A stretch of DNA of 64,000 nucleotides from an uncultured Chloroflexia bacterium (GCA_963712745.1 CAVQJC010000008.1:35968-99967); one strand, 5' to 3'. Shown: positions 19,975-31,815, numbered from the stretch's first letter. The notes: generated by a model not told the origin, from the letters alone. A program made the numbers and translations.

Positions 19975-21492
19975 ATGAGCGAGATCAGGGAGCAGGTCGA
20001 CGACGCCATCACCGTCGAGGGCGGGGCTGATGTCGATCAGGCCAAAGCGGTCTTGCGCAACCCCAGGTTCCTCGCGCTCTTCGGCTCCCAGATCTTCACC
20101 CAGGTCGGCGGCAACATGGTGCTGTTCGGCCTCACCATCACGGTCTTCGGGCTGACCAACTCGAACACCTCGGTCAGCATCCTCCTGCTCACATTCCTGG
20201 TGCCCGCCGTGATCTTCGGCGCCATCGCCGGTGTCTTCGTCGACATGTTCGACCGACGCAAGATCCTGGTCTGGACCAACTTCGCGCGCGGCGCGCTGTT
20301 CCTGCTGCTCGTCTTCTTCACCGACCAGCTGGCGGTCATCTACATCGTCACCGCGCTGGTGGCGACGTTGACCACGTTCTTCGCACCCGCTGAGGCGGCG
20401 ATGATCCCGCTGGTCGTGAAACGCGAGCAGCTGATGACCGCCAACAGCCTCTTCATCCTCGCGCTGCAGGGTGCCTTCGTGCTCGGCTTCGCAGTCCTGG
20501 GTCCACTGACCGAGACGCTGGTAGGGACGGAGACCCTCATCCTGATCGTAGCCGCTGCGTACGGCGTTGCCGGTGTGCTCTGCTGGATCCTCCCCCCGGC
20601 GCCCGCCGGCCAGGTGGGTGGGGCCTCGTTGCAGTCGGCACGGAGCGCGGTAGGCGCGACCATCGACCAGCTGAAGGAAGGCATCCGCTACATCCGCGAT
20701 CACCACAACATCTTCTGGTCGCTGACCTACCTGGCCATGGTCGCCTCGCTGATCGGCGTCCTGGGTGTGATCGCACCGGCCTTCACGCGGGACGTGCTGG
20801 GACTCGAGGAAGGCGACCTCATCGTCATCCTGCTGCCGCTCGGCGCCGGCCTCATCGGCGGCATCGTGACTCTCAACATCATCGGCAAGTACCTGCCTCG
20901 ACGGCGACTCATCGAGGGCGGCATGATCGCCCTGGGGCTTTCACTGGTGATGCTGGGCCTGGCGCAGGAGTTCGTGGGTGTCTCGGACGACGGTGACACC
21001 ACCGCCCTGCTGTCGGTCGTCGTGGCGGTGGCCTTCGCGGCTGGGATCTGCTATGCCTTCGTCGCCGTGCCGGCGCAGACGTCGCTGCAGGAGGAGCTGC
21101 CCAGCGACGTGCGCGGACGCGTCTTCGGGGTCCTCAACATGCTCGTGAGCATGGCCTCGTTCATCCCCATCATCATCGTGGGCCCGGTGGCCGACGTGGT
21201 CGGCGCCGCCACGGTCATCGTGATCTCGGCCCTCATCGTGGGCACCGTCGGCGTCCTCTCGATCATCTTCGCCCATCCCGCGGTCACCGGCTCGGCCCGG
21301 CCAGTCAACGTCGAGCCCATAGACCCCATGACCGTGACGACCGCCTCGTCCACGCTCAATCGGCCGATCCGGCTGCGCTATATCGCCGAAGACGCAGAGG
21401 GCACGCGGCCCATCCAGCTCATCGCCAGCCCAGTCGTGCCCGGCAAGGCTGGCCCTGCCCCGGAGTCGTCGCCCGGCCAGCGAGATGGCTAG
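19975..21492 (+). CDS. MFS transporter (DHA3/macrolide-efflux-like)
   Basis: About 12 TM helices; AGVFVDMFDRRKIL motif A; LQEELPSDVRGRVFG. Confidence 0.9.
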   Translation: MSEIREQVDDAITVEGGADVDQAKAVLRNPRFLALFGSQIFTQVGGNMVLFGLTITVFGLTNSNTSVSILLLTFLVPAVIFGAIAGVFVDMFDRRKILVWTNFARGALFLLLVFFTDQLAVIYIVTALVATLTTFFAPAEAAMIPLVVKREQLMTANSLFILALQGAFVLGFAVLGPLTETLVGTETLILIVAAAYGVAGVLCWILPPAPAGQVGGASLQSARSAVGATIDQLKEGIRYIRDHHNIFWSLTYLAMVASLIGVLGVIAPAFTRDVLGLEEGDLIVILLPLGAGLIGGIVTLNIIGKYLPRRRLIEGGMIALGLSLVMLGLAQEFVGVSDDGDTTALLSVVVAVAFAAGICYAFVAVPAQTSLQEELPSDVRGRVFGVLNMLVSMASFIPIIIVGPVADVVGAATVIVISALIVGTVGVLSIIFAHPAVTGSARPVNVEPIDPMTVTTASSTLNRPIRLRYIAEDAEGTRPIQLIASPVVPGKAGPAPESSPGQRDG

Positions 21493-22501
21493 CCTCCCGC
21501 GCATCGCGGTCATCTTCACCGGCGGCACCATCGCCATGCTGCCCGACCCGGTGACCGGGGCCGCCGTTCCGGCCCTTGACGGGGCCGCCATCCTCGCCCG
21601 CGTAGCTGGCCTCGAAGAGATCGCTGATCTCGAGCCCATCGACTGGGGGCTGGTGCCGGCGTCGCACCTGCGCTTCAGCCAGATCCTCGATGTCGGCACC
21701 GTCATCGCCGCGGCCGCGGCCAGGGATGGCGTCGACGGCGTGGTGGTGGTGCAGGGCACCGACGTGATGGAGGAGACAGCCTACGCCTGGGACCTGCTGC
21801 ATACCGGTGAGGCCCCGGTGGTCGTGGTCGGCGCCATGCGCAACGCCGGCGATGACGACTACGAGGGGCCCATGAACATGCGCGCGGCGGTGCGGGTCGC
21901 CGCCGACGCCCGCCTGCGCGGGGCAGGTGTGCTGGTGGTCATGGCCGGGCTCATCCTGCCGGCGGACGACGTGACCAAGACCGACAGTCAGGCTCTCGAT
22001 ACCTTCCAGGCCCTCAACTCCGGGCCGCTGGGCCGCCTGGTCGACGACAAGGTGGTCCTCGTCCGCACGCGTCGCGGCCGGCGGACCTTGCCGGCATGGC
22101 CTGGCTCCGCGGCTGAGCCGGTGGCGCTGCTGACCGCGGTCGTTTCCACCGATGGCGACCTCCTGCGTGCAGCCCTGGGCCAGGGGGCCGCCGGCATCGT
22201 CATCGAGGCCACCGGCTCCGGCAACACCGATCCGGACCTGCTGGCCGCGGCCGTCGAGGCCATGGCAGCGGGCGTGCCGGTCGTGCTCACCACCCGCTGC
22301 GCCTCGGGAGCAGTCGGCCCGCTGTACGGCTTTGCCGGCGGCGGTCGCTCATGGCAGGAGGCCGGAGCCATCCTGGCCGGGAGCCTGAGCGGTCCCAAGG
22401 CTCGCGTGGCCCTGGCACTGGGCCTCGGCGCGGGACTGGATCGCGCCGGCCTGGCCGAACTGCTCGGAGCAGGCCCGACCGACCCGGCTGATGATGGCTG
22501 A
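21485..22501 (+). CDS. L-asparaginase/glutaminase family protein
   Basis: TGGTI and QGTDVMEETAY catalytic motifs; GSGN; KARVAL. Confidence 0.9.
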   Translation: MASLPRIAVIFTGGTIAMLPDPVTGAAVPALDGAAILARVAGLEEIADLEPIDWGLVPASHLRFSQILDVGTVIAAAAARDGVDGVVVVQGTDVMEETAYAWDLLHTGEAPVVVVGAMRNAGDDDYEGPMNMRAAVRVAADARLRGAGVLVVMAGLILPADDVTKTDSQALDTFQALNSGPLGRLVDDKVVLVRTRRGRRTLPAWPGSAAEPVALLTAVVSTDGDLLRAALGQGAAGIVIEATGSGNTDPDLLAAAVEAMAAGVPVVLTTRCASGAVGPLYGFAGGGRSWQEAGAILAGSLSGPKARVALALGLGAGLDRAGLAELLGAGPTDPADDG

Positions 22502-24161
22502 GCGAGCGGCCGAGCGCCTCATCCACGGCCGCATCGCGACGCTGCGCGGCCACACGGGATACGGCTGGGTGGAGGCCCTGGCCATCCGCGATGGCCGAGT
22601 CGTGGTCGCCGGAACACGCGCCGAGGTACAGCCACTGGCCGGGCGCGAGACCGTTCGCTGGGAGCTACCCGACGCGCTGGCCGTGATCCCCTCGTTCACT
22701 GACGCGCACCTCCACCTCGCGGCGGCCGCGCTGGCGGCAGGCCAGCCCGATCTCACCGGTCTCGACCGTGCGAGCGTCGTGGCCGCCATCGCCGAGGCGC
22801 ACGAGACGCTGGCCCAGCGCGGCGACCACGAGAGCTGGCTGCTCGGCCACGGCTGGACCTTCGCTGCGCTGGGTGAGCATCCCGTCGCCGCCTGGCTGGA
22901 CGAAGCGGCACCGGGGCGCCCGGTGGCGCTGTGGGCGCACGACCACCACTCCCGCTGGCTCAGCGCGCGGGCCATCCAGGTGGCCGGCCTGGCCGCGACC
23001 GGCGATCCGCCCTCTGGACGCATCGAACGTGATGCCGAAGGCCGACCCACCGGCCTGATGTACGAAGCGGCCGCGGGGCTCGTGGACGCGGTCATCCCGC
23101 CCCCCAGCGTGGGCGATATCGACTGGGCCGTCGGTGCCTACGCACGCAAATTGGCGGAGATGGGCGTGACCTCGGTGCACGACCCCGGGCCGGTCGCACC
23201 CGATCCCGAGCTGCACGGTGGTCCGGTGGTCTATCGCGAGATGGCCCTTGGTGGCCGTCTGCCGCTGCGGGTCATGGCCAGCGTCCGCGAGGACCAGCTC
23301 GACCGAGCCATCGGCATCGGCTTCCGCAGCGGCCGGACGTTCGAGGGCGACGAACGAGGCCGCTACCGTGACGGCTGGCTGAAGCTGTTCTCCGATGGCG
23401 CCCTCGGCAGCCGCACCGCCGCGCTGCTGGCCCCCTACGAGCCCCACGACCCCGCCGGACCGCCGCCCGGCGGACCCAGGGGCATGCCGCTGCGAACCCA
23501 CGAGCAGCTGGCCGAGGCGGCCGGCCGTGCCGCTGAAGCCGGCATCGCCAGCGAGATCCACGCCATCGGCGACGGGGCCGTGCGCACGGTGCTCGACGTC
23601 ATCGAGGCGCTGCCGGCCGTGCCCGGGGCCATGCACCGGGTCGAGCACGCTCAGCTCATCGACCGGGCCGACATCGGCCGCTTCGGAGCGCTGGACATCC
23701 CGGCCTCGGTGCAGCCGAGCCACCTGCTCAGCGACGCGGCCGCGATGCGCAGGTCGTGGGGCGCGAGGGCAGCGACCGCGTTCCCGCTGGCCTCGCTCGT
23801 CGCGGCTGGAGCCCTGACACCATTCGGCACCGACGCCCCGGTCGAGCCGGCCGATCCGTGGCCCGGCCTGGCCGCAGCCGTGACCCGCCGCGGCGCGGGC
23901 TGGGCGGAGGCCGACGCCTTCCACCTCGAAGAGGCCGTCGACCTGGATCGTGCCCTGCGCGCTGCCTGTCTCGATGGCCCCCGGTCGGCCCGCGTCCACG
24001 ACCAGGGACACCTCGACGTCGGCGCACGGGCGGACCTGCTGGTGGTGCGGGCCGCGATCTTGGCTGACCCCGTGGACCCGGATGTGCTCGCCACGGCCCG
24101 TCCGCAGGCGACACTGCTCGACGGGGAGGTCATCCACCTGGCGCCTGGCTTCCGGCTCTAG
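22491..24161 (+). CDS. Amidohydrolase family 3 (YtcJ-like)
   Basis: PSFTDAHLH, KLFSDGALGSRTA, HAIGD, HRVEHAQ, FGTDAPV. Confidence 0.92.
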   Translation: MMAERAAERLIHGRIATLRGHTGYGWVEALAIRDGRVVVAGTRAEVQPLAGRETVRWELPDALAVIPSFTDAHLHLAAAALAAGQPDLTGLDRASVVAAIAEAHETLAQRGDHESWLLGHGWTFAALGEHPVAAWLDEAAPGRPVALWAHDHHSRWLSARAIQVAGLAATGDPPSGRIERDAEGRPTGLMYEAAAGLVDAVIPPPSVGDIDWAVGAYARKLAEMGVTSVHDPGPVAPDPELHGGPVVYREMALGGRLPLRVMASVREDQLDRAIGIGFRSGRTFEGDERGRYRDGWLKLFSDGALGSRTAALLAPYEPHDPAGPPPGGPRGMPLRTHEQLAEAAGRAAEAGIASEIHAIGDGAVRTVLDVIEALPAVPGAMHRVEHAQLIDRADIGRFGALDIPASVQPSHLLSDAAAMRRSWGARAATAFPLASLVAAGALTPFGTDAPVEPADPWPGLAAAVTRRGAGWAEADAFHLEEAVDLDRALRAACLDGPRSARVHDQGHLDVGARADLLVVRAAILADPVDPDVLATARPQATLLDGEVIHLAPGFRL

Positions 24162-24219
24162 CCGTACCCGGCCCGAGGGGGCCGCACGTGCCCCGCCCTG
24201 CCTCGACCACCGCCTCTGG

Positions 24220-25722
24220 CTACCCTGCAGCCCAGCCCCGAGCGCGCTCCACGCCGCGCCGCCAGCGCTCCACCAGCCGGTCGCGCTCGTGCACACCCAT
24301 GCGCGGCTCGAAGCGGCGGTCGAGCTGCCAGGTCGCGGCGACCTCGTCGAGCGACGACCAGAAGCCGGTGGCCAGGCCGGCAAGGAAGGCGGCACCGAGC
24401 GCGCTGGTCTCGGTGACCCGGGGACGCTCGACGGGAACCTGCAGGATGTCCGCCTGGAACTGGAGCAGGGCATCGTTCACGGCCGCACCGCCGTCGACGC
24501 GCAGTGCGCCCACCCGGGACCCCGCGTCGAGCGCCATGGCCTCGAGCACCTCGGCTACCTGGTAGGCCATGGCATCGACCGTGGCCTGGGCGATCTCGGC
24601 GATGCCGCTGCCCAGCGTGAGTCCGCTGATCGTACCGCGCGCGGTCGGATCCCAGTAGGGCGCGCCCAGGCCCACGAAAGCCGGCACCACCACCACGCCA
24701 GCCTCACGGTCGCCCTCCGCAGCCAGGCGCTCCACATCGCCACTCGATTCGATGGCCCGCAATCCGTCGCGCAGCCACTGCACCGCGGCGCCGGCCACGA
24801 AGACCGAGCCCTCCAGCGCGTACGAAGTCTCGCCCTCGTCGCCCAGCTGCCACAGGATCGTCGAGAGCAGCCCGTGCTCCGAGGGGACCGGCGTGGTGCC
24901 GGTATTGAGCAGCGCGAACGCGCCGGTACCGAAGGTGTTCTTGGCCATGCCGGGTCGCAGACAGGCCTGTCCGAAGGTGGCCGCCATCTGGTCTCCACCG
25001 ATGCCGCCGATGGGCAGCGACGCACCGAGCACCCCGGGGTCGGTCTCAGCCAGCTGCGCAGAGGAGGGACCCACTTCGGGCAGCATGGCCATGGGCACCC
25101 TCATGAGCTCACACAACCATGGATCCCAGCGCTGCGAGCCGATGTCGAAGAGCAGTGTGCGGCTGGCGTTGGAGACATCGGTGAGATGCACACGGCCGCC
25201 GGTGAGCCGCCAGACAAGGAAGCTGTCGACCGTCCCGAAGGCCAGCTCGCCAGCCTCGGCCCGGGCCCGCAGGCCCGGCTCGGAATCGAGGATGTGCGCG
25301 ATCTTGGGGCCACTGAAGTACGCGTCCAGCGGCAACCCCGTGAGGGCACGCACCCGGGCCTCGTGTCCGGCCTCGCGGAGAGCGTCGCAGCGCTCGGCGG
25401 TGATGCGGCTCTGCCACACGATGGCCGGTGCCACCGGCCGGCCCGTGGCCCGCTCCCAGACCACGGTCGTCTCACGCTGGTTGGTGATGCCCACCGCGGC
25501 GATGGCGGCGGGCCCGCCCGGCACGGCATCGAGCACCTCGTGGGCCGTGGCCAGCTGGCTCTGCCAGATGTCTTCGGGATCGTGCGTGACGTGGCCGGGG
25601 AAGGGATAGCTCTGCGGGTACTCCCGCTGCGCGACCGCGACCGTGCCACCGTGACGGTCGAAGATGATGGCCCGGGACGAGGTGGTGCCCTGGTCAAGGG
25701 CGAGGACGTGGTCGGCGCTCAT
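24220..25722 (-). CDS. glpK: Glycerol kinase
   Basis: ALDQGTTSSRA, GITNQRETT, DAYFSGPKI, TDVSNASRT, PAFVGLGAPYWD. Confidence 0.97.
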   Translation of the reverse strand: MSADHVLALDQGTTSSRAIIFDRHGGTVAVAQREYPQSYPFPGHVTHDPEDIWQSQLATAHEVLDAVPGGPAAIAAVGITNQRETTVVWERATGRPVAPAIVWQSRITAERCDALREAGHEARVRALTGLPLDAYFSGPKIAHILDSEPGLRARAEAGELAFGTVDSFLVWRLTGGRVHLTDVSNASRTLLFDIGSQRWDPWLCELMRVPMAMLPEVGPSSAQLAETDPGVLGASLPIGGIGGDQMAATFGQACLRPGMAKNTFGTGAFALLNTGTTPVPSEHGLLSTILWQLGDEGETSYALEGSVFVAGAAVQWLRDGLRAIESSGDVERLAAEGDREAGVVVVPAFVGLGAPYWDPTARGTISGLTLGSGIAEIAQATVDAMAYQVAEVLEAMALDAGSRVGALRVDGGAAVNDALLQFQADILQVPVERPRVTETSALGAAFLAGLATGFWSSLDEVAATWQLDRRFEPRMGVHERDRLVERWRRGVERARGWAAG

Positions 25723-27374
25723 GCTCCATCTCCGCTGGTGGGGGCCGCACCGATCGTGGGCACGTCGTACTCCCGCCGGACGCCCGCCAGATACTGCTCC
25801 ACCTCCGCGGCCTGGCGCCCCGCGTCCCAGCCCAGCCGTGGGCCGATGATGGCGGCGACGCGGGGCGCCAGCGAGGCACCGCGGTCACGGCGGGACATCG
25901 ACAGGCGCATGCGTCGCGAGAGCACGTCGTCGAGGTCCAGCGCCAGCTCTTGGTCGACAGCCCAGGCCACTTCGGCTTCCAGCTCGGTCCGGTCCTCGGC
26001 CAGCGGACGCAAGAGGTCGGCTTCGCGCCCCAGGTCGACGACCTCGCGCGCCCGCGTGCCATGCCGGTCGACCAGGGCCAGCGCTCGAGGGCCGTCCAGA
26101 CCGGCTTCCTGCGCCAGCTCCAGGGCCAGCGAATCGAGCTGCTCGCGGGGAGCCGCGCCGACGATGGGCAGGTCAGCGGTCCGGCTGCGTGGCGCGGCCG
26201 CCACCTCGTCGAGGGCCTGGTCGACCGCGTCGCGGGCCATCAGTCGATAGGTCGTGTACTTGCCACCGGACACTCGGACCAGCCCCGAGTCCTCGCGGTG
26301 GATGACGTGCTCCCGGCTGATCCGCGCGGTGTCGTCGCCGGGCGCGCCGACCAGCGGCCGCAGGCCGGTGAAGGCCCCGATCGCGTCGTCGCGCGTGAGG
26401 TCCGCGTCGAGGACGGCGTTGACGTTCTCGAGGATCTCGTCGACCTCGTCCAGCGTGGGGGCCGGTCGGTCCGGCGCTCCGTCATCGGCAACGTCGGTGG
26501 TACCCACCAGCCACACCCCCGGATGCGGGATGACGAAGACCACGCGGCCGGGGACCCGCAGGGTCAGACCGGTCTTGAGCGGCAGACGGTCGCGCGCGAA
26601 GAGCAGGTGCGTGCCGCGGCTGGGCACGAGCCTCACAGCGGACCCTCCCAGCCGGGTGCCCGGATGCCCGAGCCACACGCCGGTGGCGTCGATGACCGCG
26701 TCCGCGCGCGCCTCGAGCTCGTTCCCGCCCAGCCGGTCCTCCAGCCTGATTCCCACCACCCGGCCGGCGTCGTCGGTGAGCAAGTCGGTGACACGCGCAC
26801 GGGTGACCGCCGTGGCCCCGTGCTCCAGCGCCGTCAAGGCCACGGCGATGGCATATCGAGCGTCATCCTCGACGCCGTCGCTGTAGGTCACTCCGCCACG
26901 CAGGCCCTCACGCCTGATGGGTGGGACCAGCTCGGCCACCGCCCCGGCACCGAGGTGGTGCGCGCGTCCTCCGTCGTGAGCCGCGCCAAGCAGGTCGTAG
27001 AGCGTCAGCCCTGCGCCTACGAACGCACGCCCGACGAGCGGCCAGCCGTAGACGGGGAAGAGGAAGCGCTCGAGTCGCACCAGGTGCGGCGCCAGGCGCA
27101 ACAGGCGGGAGCGCTCGGCGAGGGCTTCGCGCACCAGGCCCAGGCGCAGGTCTTCGAGGTAGCGCAGCCCGCCGTGGATGAGTCGCGACGAACGCGACGA
27201 GGTGCCCACGGCCAGGTCGTCCTGCTCGACCAGCGCGGCCTTGAGACCACGCGAGGTGGCGTCGAGCAGTGCCCCCGCACCCACGATGCCGCCGCCGATG
27301 ATGATCACGTCCCAATGCTCATCGGCGAGATGGGCCAGGGCGGTGTCCCTGGCGGCGAGCGTGCTGGTGGTCAC
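25719..27374 (-). CDS. glpD: FAD-dependent glycerol-3-phosphate dehydrogenase
   Basis: IIGGGIVGAG, GTSSRSSRLIHGGLRYL, GLRPL, GGKYTTYRLMA; GTGA overlap with galT. Confidence 0.93.
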   Translation of the reverse strand: MTTSTLAARDTALAHLADEHWDVIIIGGGIVGAGALLDATSRGLKAALVEQDDLAVGTSSRSSRLIHGGLRYLEDLRLGLVREALAERSRLLRLAPHLVRLERFLFPVYGWPLVGRAFVGAGLTLYDLLGAAHDGGRAHHLGAGAVAELVPPIRREGLRGGVTYSDGVEDDARYAIAVALTALEHGATAVTRARVTDLLTDDAGRVVGIRLEDRLGGNELEARADAVIDATGVWLGHPGTRLGGSAVRLVPSRGTHLLFARDRLPLKTGLTLRVPGRVVFVIPHPGVWLVGTTDVADDGAPDRPAPTLDEVDEILENVNAVLDADLTRDDAIGAFTGLRPLVGAPGDDTARISREHVIHREDSGLVRVSGGKYTTYRLMARDAVDQALDEVAAAPRSRTADLPIVGAAPREQLDSLALELAQEAGLDGPRALALVDRHGTRAREVVDLGREADLLRPLAEDRTELEAEVAWAVDQELALDLDDVLSRRMRLSMSRRDRGASLAPRVAAIIGPRLGWDAGRQAAEVEQYLAGVRREYDVPTIGAAPTSGDGA

Positions 27375-28438
27375 AGGTCCTCCTCGGTGGTAGCCCGGTG
27401 CCACGCCGCCCTCGGCCCCTCGTCCCCGGTGGCGGGCACGGCCGCGCGCAAGCGCTCGGCCGCCTCCTCGGCACTGATGTCGCGCTGCGGCTCGGACAGC
27501 AGTTCGTAGCCCACCATGAACTTGCGCTTGGTGGCCTCCAGCAGCGGCGGCATGAAGTGAGCATGCACCTGCCAGGGCTCGGTCGGGCTGCCGTCGAAGG
27601 GAGCCTGGTGCCAGCCCATCGAGAAGGGCATGGGCTGCGCGAAGAGGGCGTCGTAGCGCTGCAGCAGGCGCTGCATGGTGCGCGTCAGGCCGTCACGCTG
27701 GGCGTCATCGAGGTCGGCCAGACGTGCGGCCGGCCGCTTGGGCACGAGCATGGTCTCGAACGGCCACACGGCCCAGAAGGGCACGAGTGCCAGCCACTCC
27801 TCGTCCTCCTCCACGACGCGCGCGCTGCCGGTCTCCTGGGCCACCACATCCAGCAGCAGTCGTCGGCCGGTGGACTCGTGATGGCGCCGCTGCGAGGCGT
27901 CCTCACGGGCGCCTCGTTCGGGCAGCGCCGCGCCGGACCAGATCTGTCCATGGGGATGCGGATTGGAGGCGCCCATGGCCGCGCCACGGTTCTCGAAGAT
28001 CTGCACCCAGCGCCAGTCGGCACCCAGGTCGGTGGTCTGTCGGGCCCAGATGTCGATGACCTCGCGCACGCCGGCCGGTTCCATGCCCGTGAGGGTCAGG
28101 TCATGGCGGGGAGAGAAGCAGATGACCCGGCAGGTACCGGGCTGCGCCTCGGCCTTGAGCAGGCCCTCCTCGAAGTGCTCGTCCCCGGCATCGGGGCGCA
28201 GCGCCGCGAAGTCGTTGGTGAATACGAACGTGGACGAGTAGCGAGGGTTCTGGGCCCCGCTCACGCGAGTGTTACCAGGGCACAGGTAACAGCCCGGATC
28301 GAACGACGGGCGATCCTGCACGTCGGGCGGTCGCTCCTTGCGTCCCAGCCATGGTCGCCTGGTGCGTCCGGCCGAGACCAGCACCCACTGGTCCGTGAGC
28401 GGATCGTAGCGACGGTGCGGCCCGGTCGGCAGAGCCAT
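27371..28438 (-). CDS. galT: Galactose-1-phosphate uridylyltransferase
   Basis: HRRYDPL, CYLCPGN, FENRGAAMGASNPHPHGQ, KFMVGYE. Confidence 0.97.
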   Translation of the reverse strand: MALPTGPHRRYDPLTDQWVLVSAGRTRRPWLGRKERPPDVQDRPSFDPGCYLCPGNTRVSGAQNPRYSSTFVFTNDFAALRPDAGDEHFEEGLLKAEAQPGTCRVICFSPRHDLTLTGMEPAGVREVIDIWARQTTDLGADWRWVQIFENRGAAMGASNPHPHGQIWSGAALPERGAREDASQRRHHESTGRRLLLDVVAQETGSARVVEEDEEWLALVPFWAVWPFETMLVPKRPAARLADLDDAQRDGLTRTMQRLLQRYDALFAQPMPFSMGWHQAPFDGSPTEPWQVHAHFMPPLLEATKRKFMVGYELLSEPQRDISAEEAAERLRAAVPATGDEGPRAAWHRATTEEDL

Positions 28439-28441
28439 CGG

Positions 28442-29269
28442 TCAGGCGCCCTGCCCCTGCACCGACGAGCGGCCGAAGATGGGCGCCGAGGCTTCGCCAA
28501 GACCGGCGAGGATGAGTCTGCCCGTATGCTCCTCGAGGATGGAGATGGCTTCGCTGTCGAGGCCTTCGTCGCTGATGACGACGTCCGCCCTCTCGAGGCG
28601 GGCGATGGTGCTCACGCCGGTGACGCCCCATTTGGTCCGGTCGGCGGTGACGACGAGCCGGCCGCCGGTCTCGATCAGCGCCTGGTTGGTCTCCGCCTCG
28701 AGCATGTTGGGGGTGGTGAAGCCGGCCCGCTGGTGCATGCCGTGGACGCCCAGGAAGACGATGTCGACGTTGACCGCGCGCAGGGCGCTGACCGCGAATG
28801 GGCCGACCAAGGCATCCGACGGCGTGCGCACGCCACCGCTGAGGATGATGGTCTGGTCGTTGCGGCCGCCGTGGTAGAGCACTTCCGCGGCGGGAACGGA
28901 GTTCGTGACGACCGTCAAGCGTGGGATGTGGGCCAGGCGCCGGCTGACCTCGTAGGTGGTGCTCCCGGCCGACACGGCCACCGCCATGCCCGGCTCGACC
29001 ATGGCAGCAGCCGCTCGTGCGATCGCCAGCTTGGCGTCGTGTTCGAGCGTGCGCTTGGTATCGAACCCCGGCTCGTGAACGGCCGAATCGCTCAGTAGCG
29101 TGGCGCCACCATGGACCTTGACCAGGTGGCCCTGGGTCTCGAGCGCCTCCAGGTCCCGACGGACGGTCATGTCCGAGACCTCGAGCTCGCGCATCAGGTC
29201 GGAGACACGCACGGCTCCCTCCGCCCGAAGGCGCTCGAGGATATGGGCGTGGCGCTGAGGAGCGAGCAC
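28442..29269 (-). CDS. DeoR/GlpR-family transcriptional regulator
   Basis: VSDMTVRRDL HTH, KVHGGA, AGSTT, VVTNS, ADRTKWG. Confidence 0.93.
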   Translation of the reverse strand: MLAPQRHAHILERLRAEGAVRVSDLMRELEVSDMTVRRDLEALETQGHLVKVHGGATLLSDSAVHEPGFDTKRTLEHDAKLAIARAAAAMVEPGMAVAVSAGSTTYEVSRRLAHIPRLTVVTNSVPAAEVLYHGGRNDQTIILSGGVRTPSDALVGPFAVSALRAVNVDIVFLGVHGMHQRAGFTTPNMLEAETNQALIETGGRLVVTADRTKWGVTGVSTIARLERADVVISDEGLDSEAISILEEHTGRLILAGLGEASAPIFGRSSVQGQGA

Positions 29270-29485
29270 GGCAGCGGTTCCCTTCTGCGATGGCTGGGCG
29301 AACGGACCGGTGGCTGGCCAGTCTACCGATTGTGACCCGAGTTGCCACAGAAGTCCACGCATCTCCACAACTGGTGGACCGAGTCGTGGGTAGTGACGCT
29401 CAGATCCTGTGCGGGGACGTGCGGCGAACCCGGACTTGTGTCGGTTTCTGTTGACGCCTGGACGCTTCGCGGCCAAGCAGCGGGC

Positions 29486-30673
<1,188 letters not shown>

Positions 30674-30816
30674 GCGCCCGATGGTAGGTGGCCCCAAGCA
30701 GTTCCGCAGGCCCTTGCCGGCCGGCAGGCGCTACGATGGCGAGGAGCGATCTCGCTCACGAGCCCTGGGGCCTCATGACCGCCGCTCGTTCGACAATCGT
30801 GGAGGAAACGACAACC

Positions 30817-31053
30817 ATGATCCAGCGTGGCATCGGCGTTACCATCGGCGCCATCGTCAGCCTCATCCTGCTGCTCCTCATGACCGATCTGACACTCGAT
30901 CAGAACGTCGTCATCCCGCTGGTCATCGGCGCCATCGCCGCCTGGGCCTGGCCGGTCGTGATCGCCTTCTGGCTGGGTCGCCGGGCCAAGGCACGACGTG
31001 AAGACCAGATCCAGAGCGAGGTCCAGCGTCAGCTCGACCAGCAGCAGAAGTAG
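30817..31053 (+). CDS. Small two-TM membrane protein
   Basis: 78 aa, GGAGG RBS, two hydrophobic helices and a charged tail. Confidence 0.7.
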   Translation: MIQRGIGVTIGAIVSLILLLLMTDLTLDQNVVIPLVIGAIAAWAWPVVIAFWLGRRAKARREDQIQSEVQRQLDQQQK

Positions 31054-31130
31054 AGCTGGCTGTCGTTCCGGGAGCGCGGGACTGCTCGGTGTTGCGTGGC
31101 CGCCGAAGGAGCGGTCCGCCCATCAGGGGC

Positions 31131-31319
31131 CTACGGCTTCGAGGTGGGCGGCTGTGATCGCCGCGCGAGCGGCATGAGCAGCGGCTGCCAGTCGATACCG
31201 TTGCGGTCGCGGTGCCAGAAGACGATGGCGTTGTAGCGGCGGGCAAGGGACATCACGAAGCGGTAGTCGCGTGGGTTGATGTTGGCGATCGGTACCGACC
31301 CGAGGTCGATGTCGTCCAA
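31131..31319 (-). CDS. Small hypothetical protein
   Basis: 62-aa ORF with GGAGG RBS and protein-like composition. Confidence 0.45.
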   Translation of the reverse strand: MDDIDLGSVPIANINPRDYRFVMSLARRYNAIVFWHRDRNGIDWQPLLMPLARRSQPPTSKP

Positions 31320-31425
31320 GAGTCCTCCACTGCGGCCGGCCTACGGGCAACTACGGCCATGACCGCGTCAGGGCCATCGTATCCGGCCTTGGCCTGCTCC
31401 GCGTCGGGATATCGACACGGCCCGC

Positions 31426-31815
31426 TCAGTCGGCGTGCGCGTGCTGCGTGCCCTGCTCGTCCCCGGCCTGCGCGTCATCGGACAGGTTGCTCTGGAGCAC
31501 CCGCAGGTAGTCGTCCTCGTCGCCCACCTGCGTCTTGATGAGGGCGCAGAACTGGAGGATGAGAGGCCGCAGCCCGAGCGCGTCGGCGGGATCGACCGAG
31601 CCCAACTCCACCCGTTCCAGGTAGGCGCCCATCGACTCGACGAGCCGCGGGAGTCGCTCGTGCTCAAGCCGCAGGTGACCCATCGAGTGGCGGTTGTGCT
31701 GCAGGCGTTCGAGCTCGGAATCGACGTTGGCCAGGACGACCTCGAAGTGCGGCAATGTGCAGGACCTTATCGGCTGATACTGGTCTGTTGGCTCGGTACC
31801 ATCGCCTGGTGCCAA
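31426..31815 (-). CDS. Helical, possibly hemerythrin-like protein (may be a relic)
   Basis: HLRLEHERL and ..DEDDYLRVL resemble HHE helices; start uncertain. Confidence 0.35.
   Translation of the reverse strand: MAPGDGTEPTDQYQPIRSCTLPHFEVVLANVDSELERLQHNRHSMGHLRLEHERLPRLVESMGAYLERVELGSVDPADALGLRPLILQFCALIKTQVGDEDDYLRVLQSNLSDDAQAGDEQGTQHAHAD

Noticed and set aside
23950-29098. Long plus-strand ORFs (766, 519, 566 aa) and similar ones such as 53938-56409
   Set aside because: Antisense shadows of well-supported genes (glpK, glpD, galT, sulfatase), expected in high-GC DNA; no motifs
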